A stretch of DNA of 64,000 bases from Candidatus Kapaibacterium sp. Its GTDB lineage: Bacteria > Bacteroidota > Ignavibacteria > Kapaibacteriales > UBA2268. The stretch spans positions 139,242-203,241 of the forward strand of contig CALHGZ010000002.1 of NCBI GenBank assembly GCA_938031175.1, in the 5' to 3' direction. This document shows positions 1 through 9,948 of the stretch, one piece after another. The position numbers were made by a program, and so were the translations under genes. How positions within the stretch are numbered: position 1 is the stretch's first letter; each line of letters opens with the position of its first letter. The notes beneath the pieces are model-generated. The model was not told where the DNA came from, searched no databases, and saw only the letters and a list, made by a program, of their open reading frames with translations.

Positions 1-90
1 GTTTGTTAGAAATTGATCTGACATTATTCAGATAATCCCGTCTGGTAAAGATAAACCACAGCATAATTAATCTGTCAAATTTTAAATTAC

Positions 91-1062
91 TTGATAAATA
101 TTATGAAGAAAAGTGAACTATTGAAAGCGGCAAGAATAGCCTTGAAAGAATATCTTGGATTGGTTCCAGAAGAGAGTTTACTGATAGTAACTGACGAGAA
201 CAAGCGTGAAATAGCATTAGCATTCCACGAAGCTGGAAAAGAACTTGCCTATGAGTCATTTGTTGTCGAAATGAAAGCGAGAAAAGTTGATGGCGAAGAG
301 CCTCCGGAGCAAATTGCTGAGATGATGAAATCCGTCGATGTTGTAGTATGCCCTACAACACGTTCAATAACACACACAGAAGCAAGACGTTCTGCAACAA
401 GAGTAGGAGTTAGAGTTGCAACGATGCCGGGTATCACGGAAGAAACTATGATCAGGTGTCTTAATGAGGAATATGATAAAGTAGCCCAAACTACAGAAAA
501 AATTGCAAATGCTTTGAAAGAAGGTTCAAATATTAGGGTTATTAGCGAAATTGGAACAGATATTACTTTCTCTATAAAAGATAGAAGGGTTTACAAGAAT
601 ACAGGCATAATCCGGCATATTGGAGCTTCGGGTAATTTACCTGCCGGCGAAGTTTTTGTAGCTCCAATTGAGGATTCCCTTAATGGTACTATTGTTTTCG
701 ATGGCTCATTTGGTTACTTCGGTTTACTTAAAGACAATGTCAAAGTTCAGATTGAAAATGGATATGCAGTTAAGTTTACAGGTAAATCAGATGCGAAAAA
801 CATTCAATCCTACTTAAAGAAAATTGGTGAAGATGCTTTACGTATTGGTGAATTTGGAATAGGAACCAACCATACTGCTGTTGTAACAGGTAATATTGTC
901 GAAGATGAAAAAGCACTGGGAACTGTCCATTTCGCTTTTGGTAATAACGTTTCAATGGGCGGTAAAATAGATATACCCTTGCATCTTGATGGTATTGTAA
1001 GGTATCCGACAATTTTTGTTGAAGAAAAAATTATAATTTTACTTGGTCATATTTTGATTTGA
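91..1062 (+). CDS. M29-family (AmpS / aminopeptidase T-like) aminopeptidase
   Basis: 323-aa ORF. The C-terminal half (AGEVFVAPIE, GEFGIGTNH, GTVHFAFGNN) matches Peptidase_M29 signature blocks. The TTG at 91 is the ORF-track start; the ATG at 103 (MKKSELL) is the more likely start. Confidence 0.55.
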   Translation: MINIMKKSELLKAARIALKEYLGLVPEESLLIVTDENKREIALAFHEAGKELAYESFVVEMKARKVDGEEPPEQIAEMMKSVDVVVCPTTRSITHTEARRSATRVGVRVATMPGITEETMIRCLNEEYDKVAQTTEKIANALKEGSNIRVISEIGTDITFSIKDRRVYKNTGIIRHIGASGNLPAGEVFVAPIEDSLNGTIVFDGSFGYFGLLKDNVKVQIENGYAVKFTGKSDAKNIQSYLKKIGEDALRIGEFGIGTNHTAVVTGNIVEDEKALGTVHFAFGNNVSMGGKIDIPLHLDGIVRYPTIFVEEKIIILLGHILI

Positions 1063-1170
1063 TTTCTACCACTTTTTCTATCTAAATCTAATATACTACT
1101 ATTATATATCTTTTACATTTCTTATATTTAAATTTTATTTGAAATGTAATATTTTATTATTGTTTAAAAA

Positions 1171-2292
1171 ATGTGGCTATTTTTAATAGTTTTAATTGTT
1201 TTGCTCCATTCTTGTAACGATAGAGCTGAGGTAACATCAGAAAATGTACCCGAGAATGGCTATACTAATGCTAAATTGGATTCAATATTGAAATCTGAAA
1301 CTGAAAAAAAATATGATATTTATCCTGAAATAAAATACAGCAAACACCATATTGAAAACTGGCGCCATTTTGTAGAAATCTTGAGAGAGCGGAATATTTC
1401 AATTGAAGACCCGAAAGCCAAAAAAATTTTAACTACATTGAACCGTAAAGAATTGCGTTTTTTTGGAAAAGGAGATTCGATTATAATACCTGATTCAATA
1501 ATTGAAGACCCGCGAGCGTATTCAGTATTTCCACAATTCTATTGGGCTGGACGTGATATTCCAAAGATAATTTTTGTAACGAATAAATATCAGGCTTATG
1601 CCTGCTATGAATATGGCAAATTAGTAAGATTTGCAGCAGCCAACACAGGAAAAGAGCGAACTCCCTCTTTTCCAGGTAGATATGCACTAGTATGGAAAAT
1701 AAGGAATCATCGATCATCTTTGGATAGTAATTGGGTAATGCCTTTTACATGGAATTTTCATGCTGAAGCCGGCAGTGCGTTTCATCAGTTTGTAATGCCG
1801 GGACGTCCTGTTTCGCATTCCTGCATTAGACAATTTCTTGATGATGCTGAGTGGTTATTTTACTGGGGTGAGGGAATTAAAAAAGATTCACTGGGTAAAC
1901 CTATACCTCTGTCTGGCACACCAGTGATAATTTTGGATATATTTGATTTTTCCCGTCCAAAATATGGACCTTGGCTTGATCTAACGTCAAATAAAGAAGT
2001 AGAATTGGAACTTCCAGACAATCCTATGGAAGTAGAAGAAGCTTTAATTCCTTGGTGTCAAATACCAGATGAATCTAAAGGTAGCATACGAAACAAGGAA
2101 AGATACATCTATGCAGAAGACACTTTGAGAGCAAGAGGTATAATAAGACCACACGTTAAACTTATTGCAAGTGTAAATTTCAATAAATTGAGACGAGCTA
2201 AAGCCGAACAAGAGGCTAAAAAGCGTGCTGAATTGGAAAAAAAATTAAAAGAAGAACAACAGGTTCCTGAAGTAATTAATCCGGAGGAATAG
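1171..2292 (+). CDS. L,D-transpeptidase (YkuD-domain) lipoprotein
   Basis: N-terminal signal peptide ending LLHSC (lipobox-like). The YkuD catalytic block FHQFVMPGRPVSHSCIRQ fits the H...SH[G/S]CIR motif. K/E-rich charged C-terminal tail. Confidence 0.55.
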   Translation: MWLFLIVLIVLLHSCNDRAEVTSENVPENGYTNAKLDSILKSETEKKYDIYPEIKYSKHHIENWRHFVEILRERNISIEDPKAKKILTTLNRKELRFFGKGDSIIIPDSIIEDPRAYSVFPQFYWAGRDIPKIIFVTNKYQAYACYEYGKLVRFAAANTGKERTPSFPGRYALVWKIRNHRSSLDSNWVMPFTWNFHAEAGSAFHQFVMPGRPVSHSCIRQFLDDAEWLFYWGEGIKKDSLGKPIPLSGTPVIILDIFDFSRPKYGPWLDLTSNKEVELELPDNPMEVEEALIPWCQIPDESKGSIRNKERYIYAEDTLRARGIIRPHVKLIASVNFNKLRRAKAEQEAKKRAELEKKLKEEQQVPEVINPEE

Positions 2293-2300
2293 GAGGTTGC

Positions 2301-3185
2301 TTGAAAGCTTGGAAATCGGAGCTTTGGCTACTGATCATCACATTTATCTGGGGTGGAACTTTTATTTTTACTAAAATTGGTCTTGATTATTGTCCGCCCG
2401 CATTATATCTGTTCATACGAATTTTCATAGCATTTACAATTTCTGTACTTTTATTTGGTAAACATCTTTTAAAATTAAACTCAATTACGCTTAAACAAGG
2501 ATTAATACTAGGATTTTTCTTTGGAGGCGGGTTCCTTTTGCAAACTTATGGTTTGAAATTTACAACTGTATCTAAATCCGCTTTCATTACTGGTATGGCT
2601 GTTGTTTTCACTCCATTTGTTTTTAAATTTTTAATTAAAAAAAGAATTGATAAATGGCATAAAATCGCAGTTATTATCACGTTTATTGGTCTTTATATTT
2701 TTACAAATCCGAGTATTTCGAATATAAATTTGGGCGACTTTTTAACTTTGCTATCAACAATTTTTTGGGCATTTTATATAACACATATGGATATCTTTAC
2801 AAAGGACAAAGCTACATTTGGCGAGACAATACAATTAGTCATTCTTCAATTGTTTACTTGTGGTATTATGTCTTTGGGAGCTTTTTTAAGTTTAGATTCA
2901 GTGGATTTTTATTTTGAATTGAGTAATGATTTGATTTTATCTCTTACTTATAATAGCATCATAGCCTCATTTTTATTAACATTAATACATACGTCAGTTC
3001 AAAAATATACAACTCCAGTAAAAGCAGCTTTGATTTTTTCGCTTGAACCCGTGATTGCTAGTTTCATTGCTTTGTTAGCTATCAATGAGGTGTTAGTGTT
3101 TCGTGAGTATCTTGGTGCGGCAATAATGCTTGCTGGCGTCTTAAGTTCCGAAATGGGCGATTTCATTTTTAAGATAAACAAATAA
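2301..3185 (+). CDS. DMT-superfamily (EamA-like) permease
   Basis: 294 aa, about 10 hydrophobic TM segments in two similar halves typical of EamA/DMT transporters. TTG start. Confidence 0.5.
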   Translation: MKAWKSELWLLIITFIWGGTFIFTKIGLDYCPPALYLFIRIFIAFTISVLLFGKHLLKLNSITLKQGLILGFFFGGGFLLQTYGLKFTTVSKSAFITGMAVVFTPFVFKFLIKKRIDKWHKIAVIITFIGLYIFTNPSISNINLGDFLTLLSTIFWAFYITHMDIFTKDKATFGETIQLVILQLFTCGIMSLGAFLSLDSVDFYFELSNDLILSLTYNSIIASFLLTLIHTSVQKYTTPVKAALIFSLEPVIASFIALLAINEVLVFREYLGAAIMLAGVLSSEMGDFIFKINK

Positions 3186-3252
3186 ATTGTTAATTAATTA
3201 TTAATTGACTAATTTTACAATAAAAATTTTATTAATTACAAACTGTAAAATA

Positions 3253-3594
3253 ATGAAAATAATTATTTACCAAATCATAAGTTTAGCATTTATGTTCCTT
3301 GTTTTAATTTTTGGTTGCAAAAGTACTTCGAATAATTATGAATATAAATTCGATGCAAGATTACGTCAATTAATGAGTGAAAAAGATAGTAATCAAGTTA
3401 TTAGTTGTACGATTCAGTTAACCCGTAATTACGACAGTGAAATTCAGGAGAAATTGGAAAAGGATGGTGTTAAAATTTTGACGAATTTGGTTACAATTAT
3501 CACAGCACAGGCGAATATTACCGTATTAAGAAAAATTGCTGCTTACGATTTTATAAAATTTATTGAAGCTGATAAAGAAATTTATCAAATGTAA
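3253..3594 (+). CDS. small lipoprotein with subtilase-propeptide (inhibitor I9)-like domain
   Basis: The ORF track gives 3205..3594; the internal Met MKIIIYQ at 3253 plus LVLIFGC (lipobox) gives a signal peptide. The C-terminal LEKDGVKILTNL...ITVLRKIAAYDFIKFIEADKEIY resembles the I9 pro-domain consensus (..Gakv...f...l......l...p.VeyvEpD..v). It sits directly upstream of the S8 peptidase. Confidence 0.4.
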   Translation: MKIIIYQIISLAFMFLVLIFGCKSTSNNYEYKFDARLRQLMSEKDSNQVISCTIQLTRNYDSEIQEKLEKDGVKILTNLVTIITAQANITVLRKIAAYDFIKFIEADKEIYQM

Positions 3595-3611
3595 TAATAA
3601 AACAAAGGTGT

Positions 3612-5879
3612 TTGATGTATAAAATTATGATTTCGATAATTTTCATTGCCCTTTTAATCCCGGGCATAGTATTATCCAATAATACCAAAATGGATGCTTA
3701 TTCGAATTATCTGCTCAAAAAAGTTGTTGCAGTAAAAAATCTTTTGAGACAAAAGCCTGATAGCTTCAAAAAAAGTAACTTGCCTATACATTTACAAGAA
3801 GAAAATATTATGCTTGAAATGCTAATTAATATATCGGGATATGAGAAGAGCTTTTTAGGAAAATATGGTGTTAAAATTCGTGCCGAATATGGAAATATAT
3901 TGAATGTTTTCGTACCTATTGAAAGATTTGAAGAATTGTTGAATGACACCAGGATCAAATCAATACAATTAAGCAAACCTGTTAATAAACAACTCGATAA
4001 ATCTCGCAAAGATATAAGAGCTGATGAAGTGCATCAGGGTTTAGATTTACCATCGAAATACGATGGCAGTGGTGTCATTATTGGAATTGTTGATAGTGGA
4101 ATTGATTTTACTCACCCCGATTTTATGGGAGTAAACGGCACAAGAATACTTTATTTATGGGATATGTCTGATGATTCAAATGTTGATGTTCCCGAAGGTT
4201 ATAGCTGGGGTCGTGAATATACAAAAAATCAGATCGATAATATGCCGGAAATAATACTTCAACGAGATGGAAATGGCTCTGGTGGTCATGGAACTCATGT
4301 TGCCGGAACTGCTGCTGGTAGTGGTAGAAGTAACATAAATATGAAAGGGATAGCACCGAATGCTGATATTATCTTTGTTAAAGCAATAAGGGATCAAGAT
4401 AGCTATGGTAATTTCGCATCAACAGATATTTTAGCTGCCTGTCAATATATATTTAAAAAAGCAGATGAATTAGGTAAACCAGCAGTCATTAATTTGAGTT
4501 TAGGTTCAATCGTCGGACCACACGACGGAACTGCTCTCGATGAATTAGCTCTATCATCAATGACTGGTGATGGTCGAATTATTGTTGTAGCAGCTGGCAA
4601 TAGCGGAATAATGCCAATTCACGCTGGTATGGAAGTTCAAGCCGGGGAAAATGTTGAAACTTTGATATTACCTATCAATCTGTGCGAATTTTTCCCTGAG
4701 CTTTGCCCTGATATTCAAAATTTATTTTTGACTGCCGCTGATGTATGGGGTGATGCAGAGATATTCGATTCGGTAGCAGTAGGTGTTTATGATTTTTCCA
4801 ATCCGTTAGAAATGAATTACCTCGGTGAATTTGTTGTGCCTAAGGGTGAATCAATTGAAAACTTGCCATTAATGAATGGAGATGATATTTATGGATTTGT
4901 TTCGATAGATGCTAAATCAACTAACCTGCCAAATAATAATAGTTTCAATATATTTATAACCATTACAAATGCAGGAGATGAAAATATTCAGATTGATAAT
5001 TATTTGTGGTCTTTGCGTTTTGTAATTGCCAAAAATGGTCGTGTTGATTTATGGGCTGGTTTACCTATACCTCAGGCTCTTCCAATTCAAGGTAAGAATG
5101 GCATCCAGATGAAAGGTGACAATTTAATGACAATTTCTAATTATGCTAGTTGTAAAAATGTTATTTCTGTGGCTTCCTACATAAGCAAAAATGAATGGAC
5201 AGACATTGATGGACAAAAGCAAACTACAAATCAAAATATAGGTGATCGATCATTATTTAGCAGCCTCGGTCCTACCCGTGATGGTAGATTAGCACCAACA
5301 ATATCAGCTCCCGGTGATATTATTTTTGCCCCAATGTCTTCACATCTGGATGAATTTGAAGGATATTTAAGGCAGAATGTACTTGAAGGGGGTAATTATA
5401 TTGGTATGCAAGGGACAAGTATGGCATCGCCACATGTAGCAGGTGCTGTTGCATTGATGTTGCAATCGAAACCATTTCTTAATTTTGAAAGGATTGTTAT
5501 GTTTCTCAATTCTTCAGCTAAGAAAGATAATTTTACTGGACCATCAGCAAATATTATGTGGGGAGTTGGCAAACTCGATGTTTACGCTGCTGTAAGAGAG
5601 ACTGCAACAAGTATTGATGATTATAAAGATTTGGAAATTGAGATATTCCCTAATCCAGCTAACGAAAATTTATATGTTGAATATAGTACAAATGCTGATT
5701 TAAAAAATATAACCATTTATGATATATTTGGTTACGAAGTAATTGATAATGGCAGGAAAATTCGGTCAGGTAAAGGTTATTCAGTCATTAATCTGGATAA
5801 TATAGCAAGTGGAGTATATATTATCAAACTTCATTTTAATAATCAAATAATTACAAAACCAGTTACCATTATTAAGTAA
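3612..5879 (+). CDS. S8 subtilisin-family serine peptidase with fervidolysin-like pro-region and T9SS C-terminal sorting domain
   Basis: Signal peptide. Catalytic triad blocks are GIVDSGIDFTHPDF (Asp), GHGTHVAGTAAG (His) and GTSMASPHVAGAVALM (Ser). An N-terminal pro-region is present (KYGVKIRAEYGNILNVFVPIERFEEL...IKSIQLSKPV). The C-terminal EIFPNPANENLYVEY...KPVTIIK is a T9SS CTD. Confidence 0.85.
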   Translation: MMYKIMISIIFIALLIPGIVLSNNTKMDAYSNYLLKKVVAVKNLLRQKPDSFKKSNLPIHLQEENIMLEMLINISGYEKSFLGKYGVKIRAEYGNILNVFVPIERFEELLNDTRIKSIQLSKPVNKQLDKSRKDIRADEVHQGLDLPSKYDGSGVIIGIVDSGIDFTHPDFMGVNGTRILYLWDMSDDSNVDVPEGYSWGREYTKNQIDNMPEIILQRDGNGSGGHGTHVAGTAAGSGRSNINMKGIAPNADIIFVKAIRDQDSYGNFASTDILAACQYIFKKADELGKPAVINLSLGSIVGPHDGTALDELALSSMTGDGRIIVVAAGNSGIMPIHAGMEVQAGENVETLILPINLCEFFPELCPDIQNLFLTAADVWGDAEIFDSVAVGVYDFSNPLEMNYLGEFVVPKGESIENLPLMNGDDIYGFVSIDAKSTNLPNNNSFNIFITITNAGDENIQIDNYLWSLRFVIAKNGRVDLWAGLPIPQALPIQGKNGIQMKGDNLMTISNYASCKNVISVASYISKNEWTDIDGQKQTTNQNIGDRSLFSSLGPTRDGRLAPTISAPGDIIFAPMSSHLDEFEGYLRQNVLEGGNYIGMQGTSMASPHVAGAVALMLQSKPFLNFERIVMFLNSSAKKDNFTGPSANIMWGVGKLDVYAAVRETATSIDDYKDLEIEIFPNPANENLYVEYSTNADLKNITIYDIFGYEVIDNGRKIRSGKGYSVINLDNIASGVYIIKLHFNNQIITKPVTIIK

Positions 5880-5905
5880 AACATATATAATAGAAACAAA
5901 TCATT

Positions 5906-6475
5906 ATGGGACAAAAAGTATCAATATCAAAAAAAACTGTATTGTTGATACATCCGGTATTAGTCATAGGTAGTTATGATAAAAATGAGCAACCAAATAT
6001 AATGACTGCATCTTGGGGTGGTATATGTTGTAGTGAACCACCGTGTGTAGCTGTATCGCTGCGAAAAGCTACTTATACATATCAAAATTTAATTGAACGC
6101 AAAGCTTATACGGTCAATATACCCTCTATTCAATATATAGAACAGACTGATTATGTTGGCATTTACTCAGGACGCAATGAAAATAAATTTGATTCAACAG
6201 GTCTAACAGCCGTTAAAAGTCATATTGTCGATGCACCCTATATTGATGAATTTCCACTAGTTTTACATTGTAAAATAATTCATACAATTGAAATTGGTCT
6301 TCATACCCAATTTATTGGAGAAATAGTAGATATACAATGCGATAAATATTTTCTTAATAATGAAAATATGCCCGATATCAATAAAATACAACCTTTTATT
6401 TATGATAATTCATCCCGATCTTATTATTCCATAGGTGATAAGGTTTTAAAAGCTTTTAGCAGTTATAAAATTTGA
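5906..6475 (+). CDS. flavin reductase-like (FMN-binding split-barrel) domain protein
   Basis: NIMTASWGGICCSEPPCVAVSL matches the N.MT.SW...S.dPP.v.vs motif of the Flavin_Reduct family. 189 aa. Confidence 0.6.
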   Translation: MGQKVSISKKTVLLIHPVLVIGSYDKNEQPNIMTASWGGICCSEPPCVAVSLRKATYTYQNLIERKAYTVNIPSIQYIEQTDYVGIYSGRNENKFDSTGLTAVKSHIVDAPYIDEFPLVLHCKIIHTIEIGLHTQFIGEIVDIQCDKYFLNNENMPDINKIQPFIYDNSSRSYYSIGDKVLKAFSSYKI

Positions 6476-6500
6476 ATGGTGGAAATACATTAATCAAGCG

Positions 6501-7310
6501 ATGATACTAGACAATAGTAATTTACTTTTAGCCTTCATTTTAACATCATTAGCTGGTCTATCCACCGGCATAGGAAGTGCTTTGGCATTTTTTACAAAAA
6601 CAACGAATAAGACTTTTTTAGCAATATCGCTTGGATTTTCAGCTGGTGTAATGATATACATATCATTTGTTGAAATTTTGACCAAAGCAAATGATAGTAT
6701 AAAAGAAATACATAATGATCCGTTGGCATCCTGGTATACTATTGGGGCTTTCTTTGCTGGGATATTGTTAATACTTGTGATAGACAGATTAATACCTAAA
6801 TTTGAAAATCCTCACGAGTTAAAAGCAATCGAAGATTTATATGTCAAACCGGAAGATTTAAAGCTTTACAAAAGTGGTCTTGTAACTGCGTTAGCCATAG
6901 CTATACATAATTTCCCGGAGGGATTAGCGACTTTCTCAGCAGCCTTGGTTGACCCCAAAATAGGGGTGCCAACAGCAATAGCCGTTGCTATACATAATAT
7001 CCCCGAGGGAATTGCAATATCAATTCCAATTTTCTATGCTACAAATAGTAGAATAAAAGCTTTTTGGTATTCATTTTTATCTGGATTGGCAGAACCATTT
7101 GGTGCAATAATCGGTTATTTTATCCTATTTTCATTTGTCAATGAAGTTACATTTGGAATTTTATTTGCTATGGTTGCTGGAATTATGGTGTTTGTCTCAT
7201 TTGATGAACTTTTGCCAACTGCTCGTGAATATGACAAAGGGCATAAAACGATTTATGGCTTGCTGGCTGGTATGTTCGTTATGGCAATAAGCCTTATATT
7301 GATGATGTAA
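6501..7310 (+). CDS. zupT: ZIP-family zinc transporter ZupT
   Basis: Two HN[FI]PEG[LI]A metal-binding motifs (HNFPEGLATF, HNIPEGIAIS). About 8 TM segments. 269 aa. Confidence 0.8.
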   Translation: MILDNSNLLLAFILTSLAGLSTGIGSALAFFTKTTNKTFLAISLGFSAGVMIYISFVEILTKANDSIKEIHNDPLASWYTIGAFFAGILLILVIDRLIPKFENPHELKAIEDLYVKPEDLKLYKSGLVTALAIAIHNFPEGLATFSAALVDPKIGVPTAIAVAIHNIPEGIAISIPIFYATNSRIKAFWYSFLSGLAEPFGAIIGYFILFSFVNEVTFGILFAMVAGIMVFVSFDELLPTAREYDKGHKTIYGLLAGMFVMAISLILMM

Positions 7311-7320
7311 TGAATTTTCT

Positions 7321-9948
7321 ATGATGAATCCATTGTTTTCCATTGTAAATGATCTTACTAAGGCACTAAAAAAATTTTTTGGATTTTCAGATTTTCGAGC
7401 TGGGCAAAAAGAGGTCATTGAATCATTATTATACGGAAATGATACATTGGTTATTATGCCCACTGGTGTCGGTAAGTCACTTTGCTATCAGCTTCCTGCA
7501 TTAATACTCGATGGGACTGCCATTGTTTTTTCTCCATTGATTTCACTAATGAAAGATCAAACTGATGCATTGCATGCATTAAATCTTAAAAGTACTTTTA
7601 TAAATAGTAGTTTGAGCAATGAAGAAATTTCAATTAGAACTAATGAAATAATCAGAGGCGAACACAAAATAATTTATATAGCTCCCGAGCGTTTAGAAAG
7701 CAAAAGTTTTATATCGTTATTGAGCAAAATCAATATTTCCTTTATTGCAATAGATGAAGCTCATTGTGTATCTGAATGGGGGCATGATTTTCGACCATCC
7801 TACTTAAATATCCCAAAATATTTTCCCAATTATGATAAACTCACAAAAATAGCTCTAACAGCAACTGCTACCCCTGAAGTGCAAAATGATATTATTGATT
7901 TGCTCAAAATGAGAAAAGTCAAAAGATTCGTAAGGGGGTTCGACCGACCAAATTTAAAATATGTAACAATTTTATGCAAAAATAAGGAAAAGTTGCTCGA
8001 TTCATTAATCAGAGATAATCCTGGGCAATCTAGAATTATATATTGTGGTTCACGTAAAAGAGTGGAAAAGTATCATCATTATTTGAATAATGTGGGAATA
8101 AAATCCTTATTATATCATGCAGGATTAGACCCTTCGCTCAGGCAGAGAATACAAGATAAATTTTTCAATAATGAAACTCCGATTATTATTGCAACTAACG
8201 CATTTGGGATGGGTATAGACCATCCAAATGTGCGTCAGGTAATTCATTTGGATTATACAGCAAGTCTTGAGGCTTATTATCAAGAAGCAGGAAGAGCCGG
8301 CAGAGATGGCTTACCTGCTGAATGTATGATGATTTATTACCATACAGATAAAAAATTGCAGGAATATTTTATTAATTCTACTTTTCCTGAAATTGATACG
8401 ATCAAGCTCGTTTATAATAAATTATATGATATTCCGCAAATTGCATTAGGATATAAAGCCAGAAAAGAGCAAAATATTAATGAAGTATTAATTGCTAATT
8501 TGATTAATATACCGGTAAGAGCAGTTAGTTCAGTTTTAAGTTTCTTGGAAAGAAATGGTATTATAAAATATGAATTGGCACAAAACAACATATTTATAAA
8601 ATTTAATGATGATTTAAATCATCTTAAGGATTATTTTTATAAAACTGATGATTTTACCCGTAATATTTTAGAATCTATATTGAGAAATATAAGTTCTGAA
8701 GCATTTAACAGACCTGTCCTGTTTAATATCTACAATTTGTATGAGAAATTTAATCTCGATTATACTTCGATATATAAAATTATAAGGAAATTGGAGCTTG
8801 CAGGAATTTTGTCGTATTATGATGAAAATCAATCTTCGATTAAATATCAATTGGAACGAAAAAGATTTGAAGATTTACAGATAGATTGGGATAAGTATAT
8901 TTACCGCAAAGATTTGGCTTTTAAAAAATTGGAAGTTGTAATTAATTACGCCCGCACAAAAGAGTGCAAAAGAGCTTTTATACTTAATTATTTCAATGAA
9001 ATACATGATTTTAATTCTTGTGGTAATTGTAGTTCCTGTTCGAGGAAAGAATACGTAATCCCACAAGATACGCATCAAGATGATGAACTAGCCGATAAAA
9101 TTTTGAAAGCCGCAAAATTCCTGAATGGTAAATTTGGTAGAACTGTTTTCACTAATTTTCTTAAGGGTATAAAAAATAAAATTATAGAAAAATATAATCT
9201 CCATACTACAAAATATTTTGGAATTTGCCGGAATTATACAATTGAGCAACTACAAGACAAAATTGAAGATCTTTTGGAGAATAGTAAATTATTTTTCAGT
9301 GTAGGGAAATATCCTAAAATATATACAAAAGTTGATTTGCAAGAAGATAAAGAAATACTGGATGTTAAATATTTTCAAAACAATATTGATGAAGATCTAT
9401 TAATAGAATTGAAAAAATTAAGAGATTCCATATCAATTAGAGAAAATCTTCCCTTGAATCTAATTGCCGATGATAAATCACTTGAGAGATTGGCTCAATA
9501 CCTTCCTAAACATCGAGGAGAATTGGGTGAATTAAGAAAATATGAAGTTTATTTAAATCAAAATTTTAGTAATCTATTTATAGATTGTATTTCTAAATAT
9601 CTTGATATACCTGAAAATCAACAGATCTACCATGAATCTGAACCTTTGCTTGATATAGTAATTGATTTGATGCAATCAAGTAATAATATATCCCAAGTTG
9701 CTCAAAAACTGTCGCTATCTAAAGGTGAAGTGGCTTTCTATTTGGAAAAAGCAATTGACCGGGGCTATCAATTTAATAATTTTACCAAAGAAAATCAATC
9801 ATTAATAAATAAAGTAAAATTTTTGATTTCGAAGAATATCAACCTTCCTTTGAGGGCAATAAGAGCTAATCTTGAGTTGGATATTGATTTTGCTGATTTG
9901 AGATTGATTGTAGCAATAGCCCGTAATGAATTAAATCATTCAAGATAG
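7321..9948 (+). CDS. recQ: ATP-dependent DNA helicase RecQ (long form, 875 aa)
   Basis: RecQ N-terminus (FGFSDFRAGQKEVIESLL), Walker A MPTGVGKS, DEAH box (IDEAHCVSEWGHDFRPSY) and helicase motif VI (YYQEAGRAGRDG). Zn-binding RQC block KECKRAFILNYFNE...CGNCSSC. HRDC-like segment (ADDKSLERLAQYLP). The 3' end overlaps the convergent speA by 13 nt. Confidence 0.85.
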   Translation: MMNPLFSIVNDLTKALKKFFGFSDFRAGQKEVIESLLYGNDTLVIMPTGVGKSLCYQLPALILDGTAIVFSPLISLMKDQTDALHALNLKSTFINSSLSNEEISIRTNEIIRGEHKIIYIAPERLESKSFISLLSKINISFIAIDEAHCVSEWGHDFRPSYLNIPKYFPNYDKLTKIALTATATPEVQNDIIDLLKMRKVKRFVRGFDRPNLKYVTILCKNKEKLLDSLIRDNPGQSRIIYCGSRKRVEKYHHYLNNVGIKSLLYHAGLDPSLRQRIQDKFFNNETPIIIATNAFGMGIDHPNVRQVIHLDYTASLEAYYQEAGRAGRDGLPAECMMIYYHTDKKLQEYFINSTFPEIDTIKLVYNKLYDIPQIALGYKARKEQNINEVLIANLINIPVRAVSSVLSFLERNGIIKYELAQNNIFIKFNDDLNHLKDYFYKTDDFTRNILESILRNISSEAFNRPVLFNIYNLYEKFNLDYTSIYKIIRKLELAGILSYYDENQSSIKYQLERKRFEDLQIDWDKYIYRKDLAFKKLEVVINYARTKECKRAFILNYFNEIHDFNSCGNCSSCSRKEYVIPQDTHQDDELADKILKAAKFLNGKFGRTVFTNFLKGIKNKIIEKYNLHTTKYFGICRNYTIEQLQDKIEDLLENSKLFFSVGKYPKIYTKVDLQEDKEILDVKYFQNNIDEDLLIELKKLRDSISIRENLPLNLIADDKSLERLAQYLPKHRGELGELRKYEVYLNQNFSNLFIDCISKYLDIPENQQIYHESEPLLDIVIDLMQSSNNISQVAQKLSLSKGEVAFYLEKAIDRGYQFNNFTKENQSLINKVKFLISKNINLPLRAIRANLELDIDFADLRLIVAIARNELNHSR

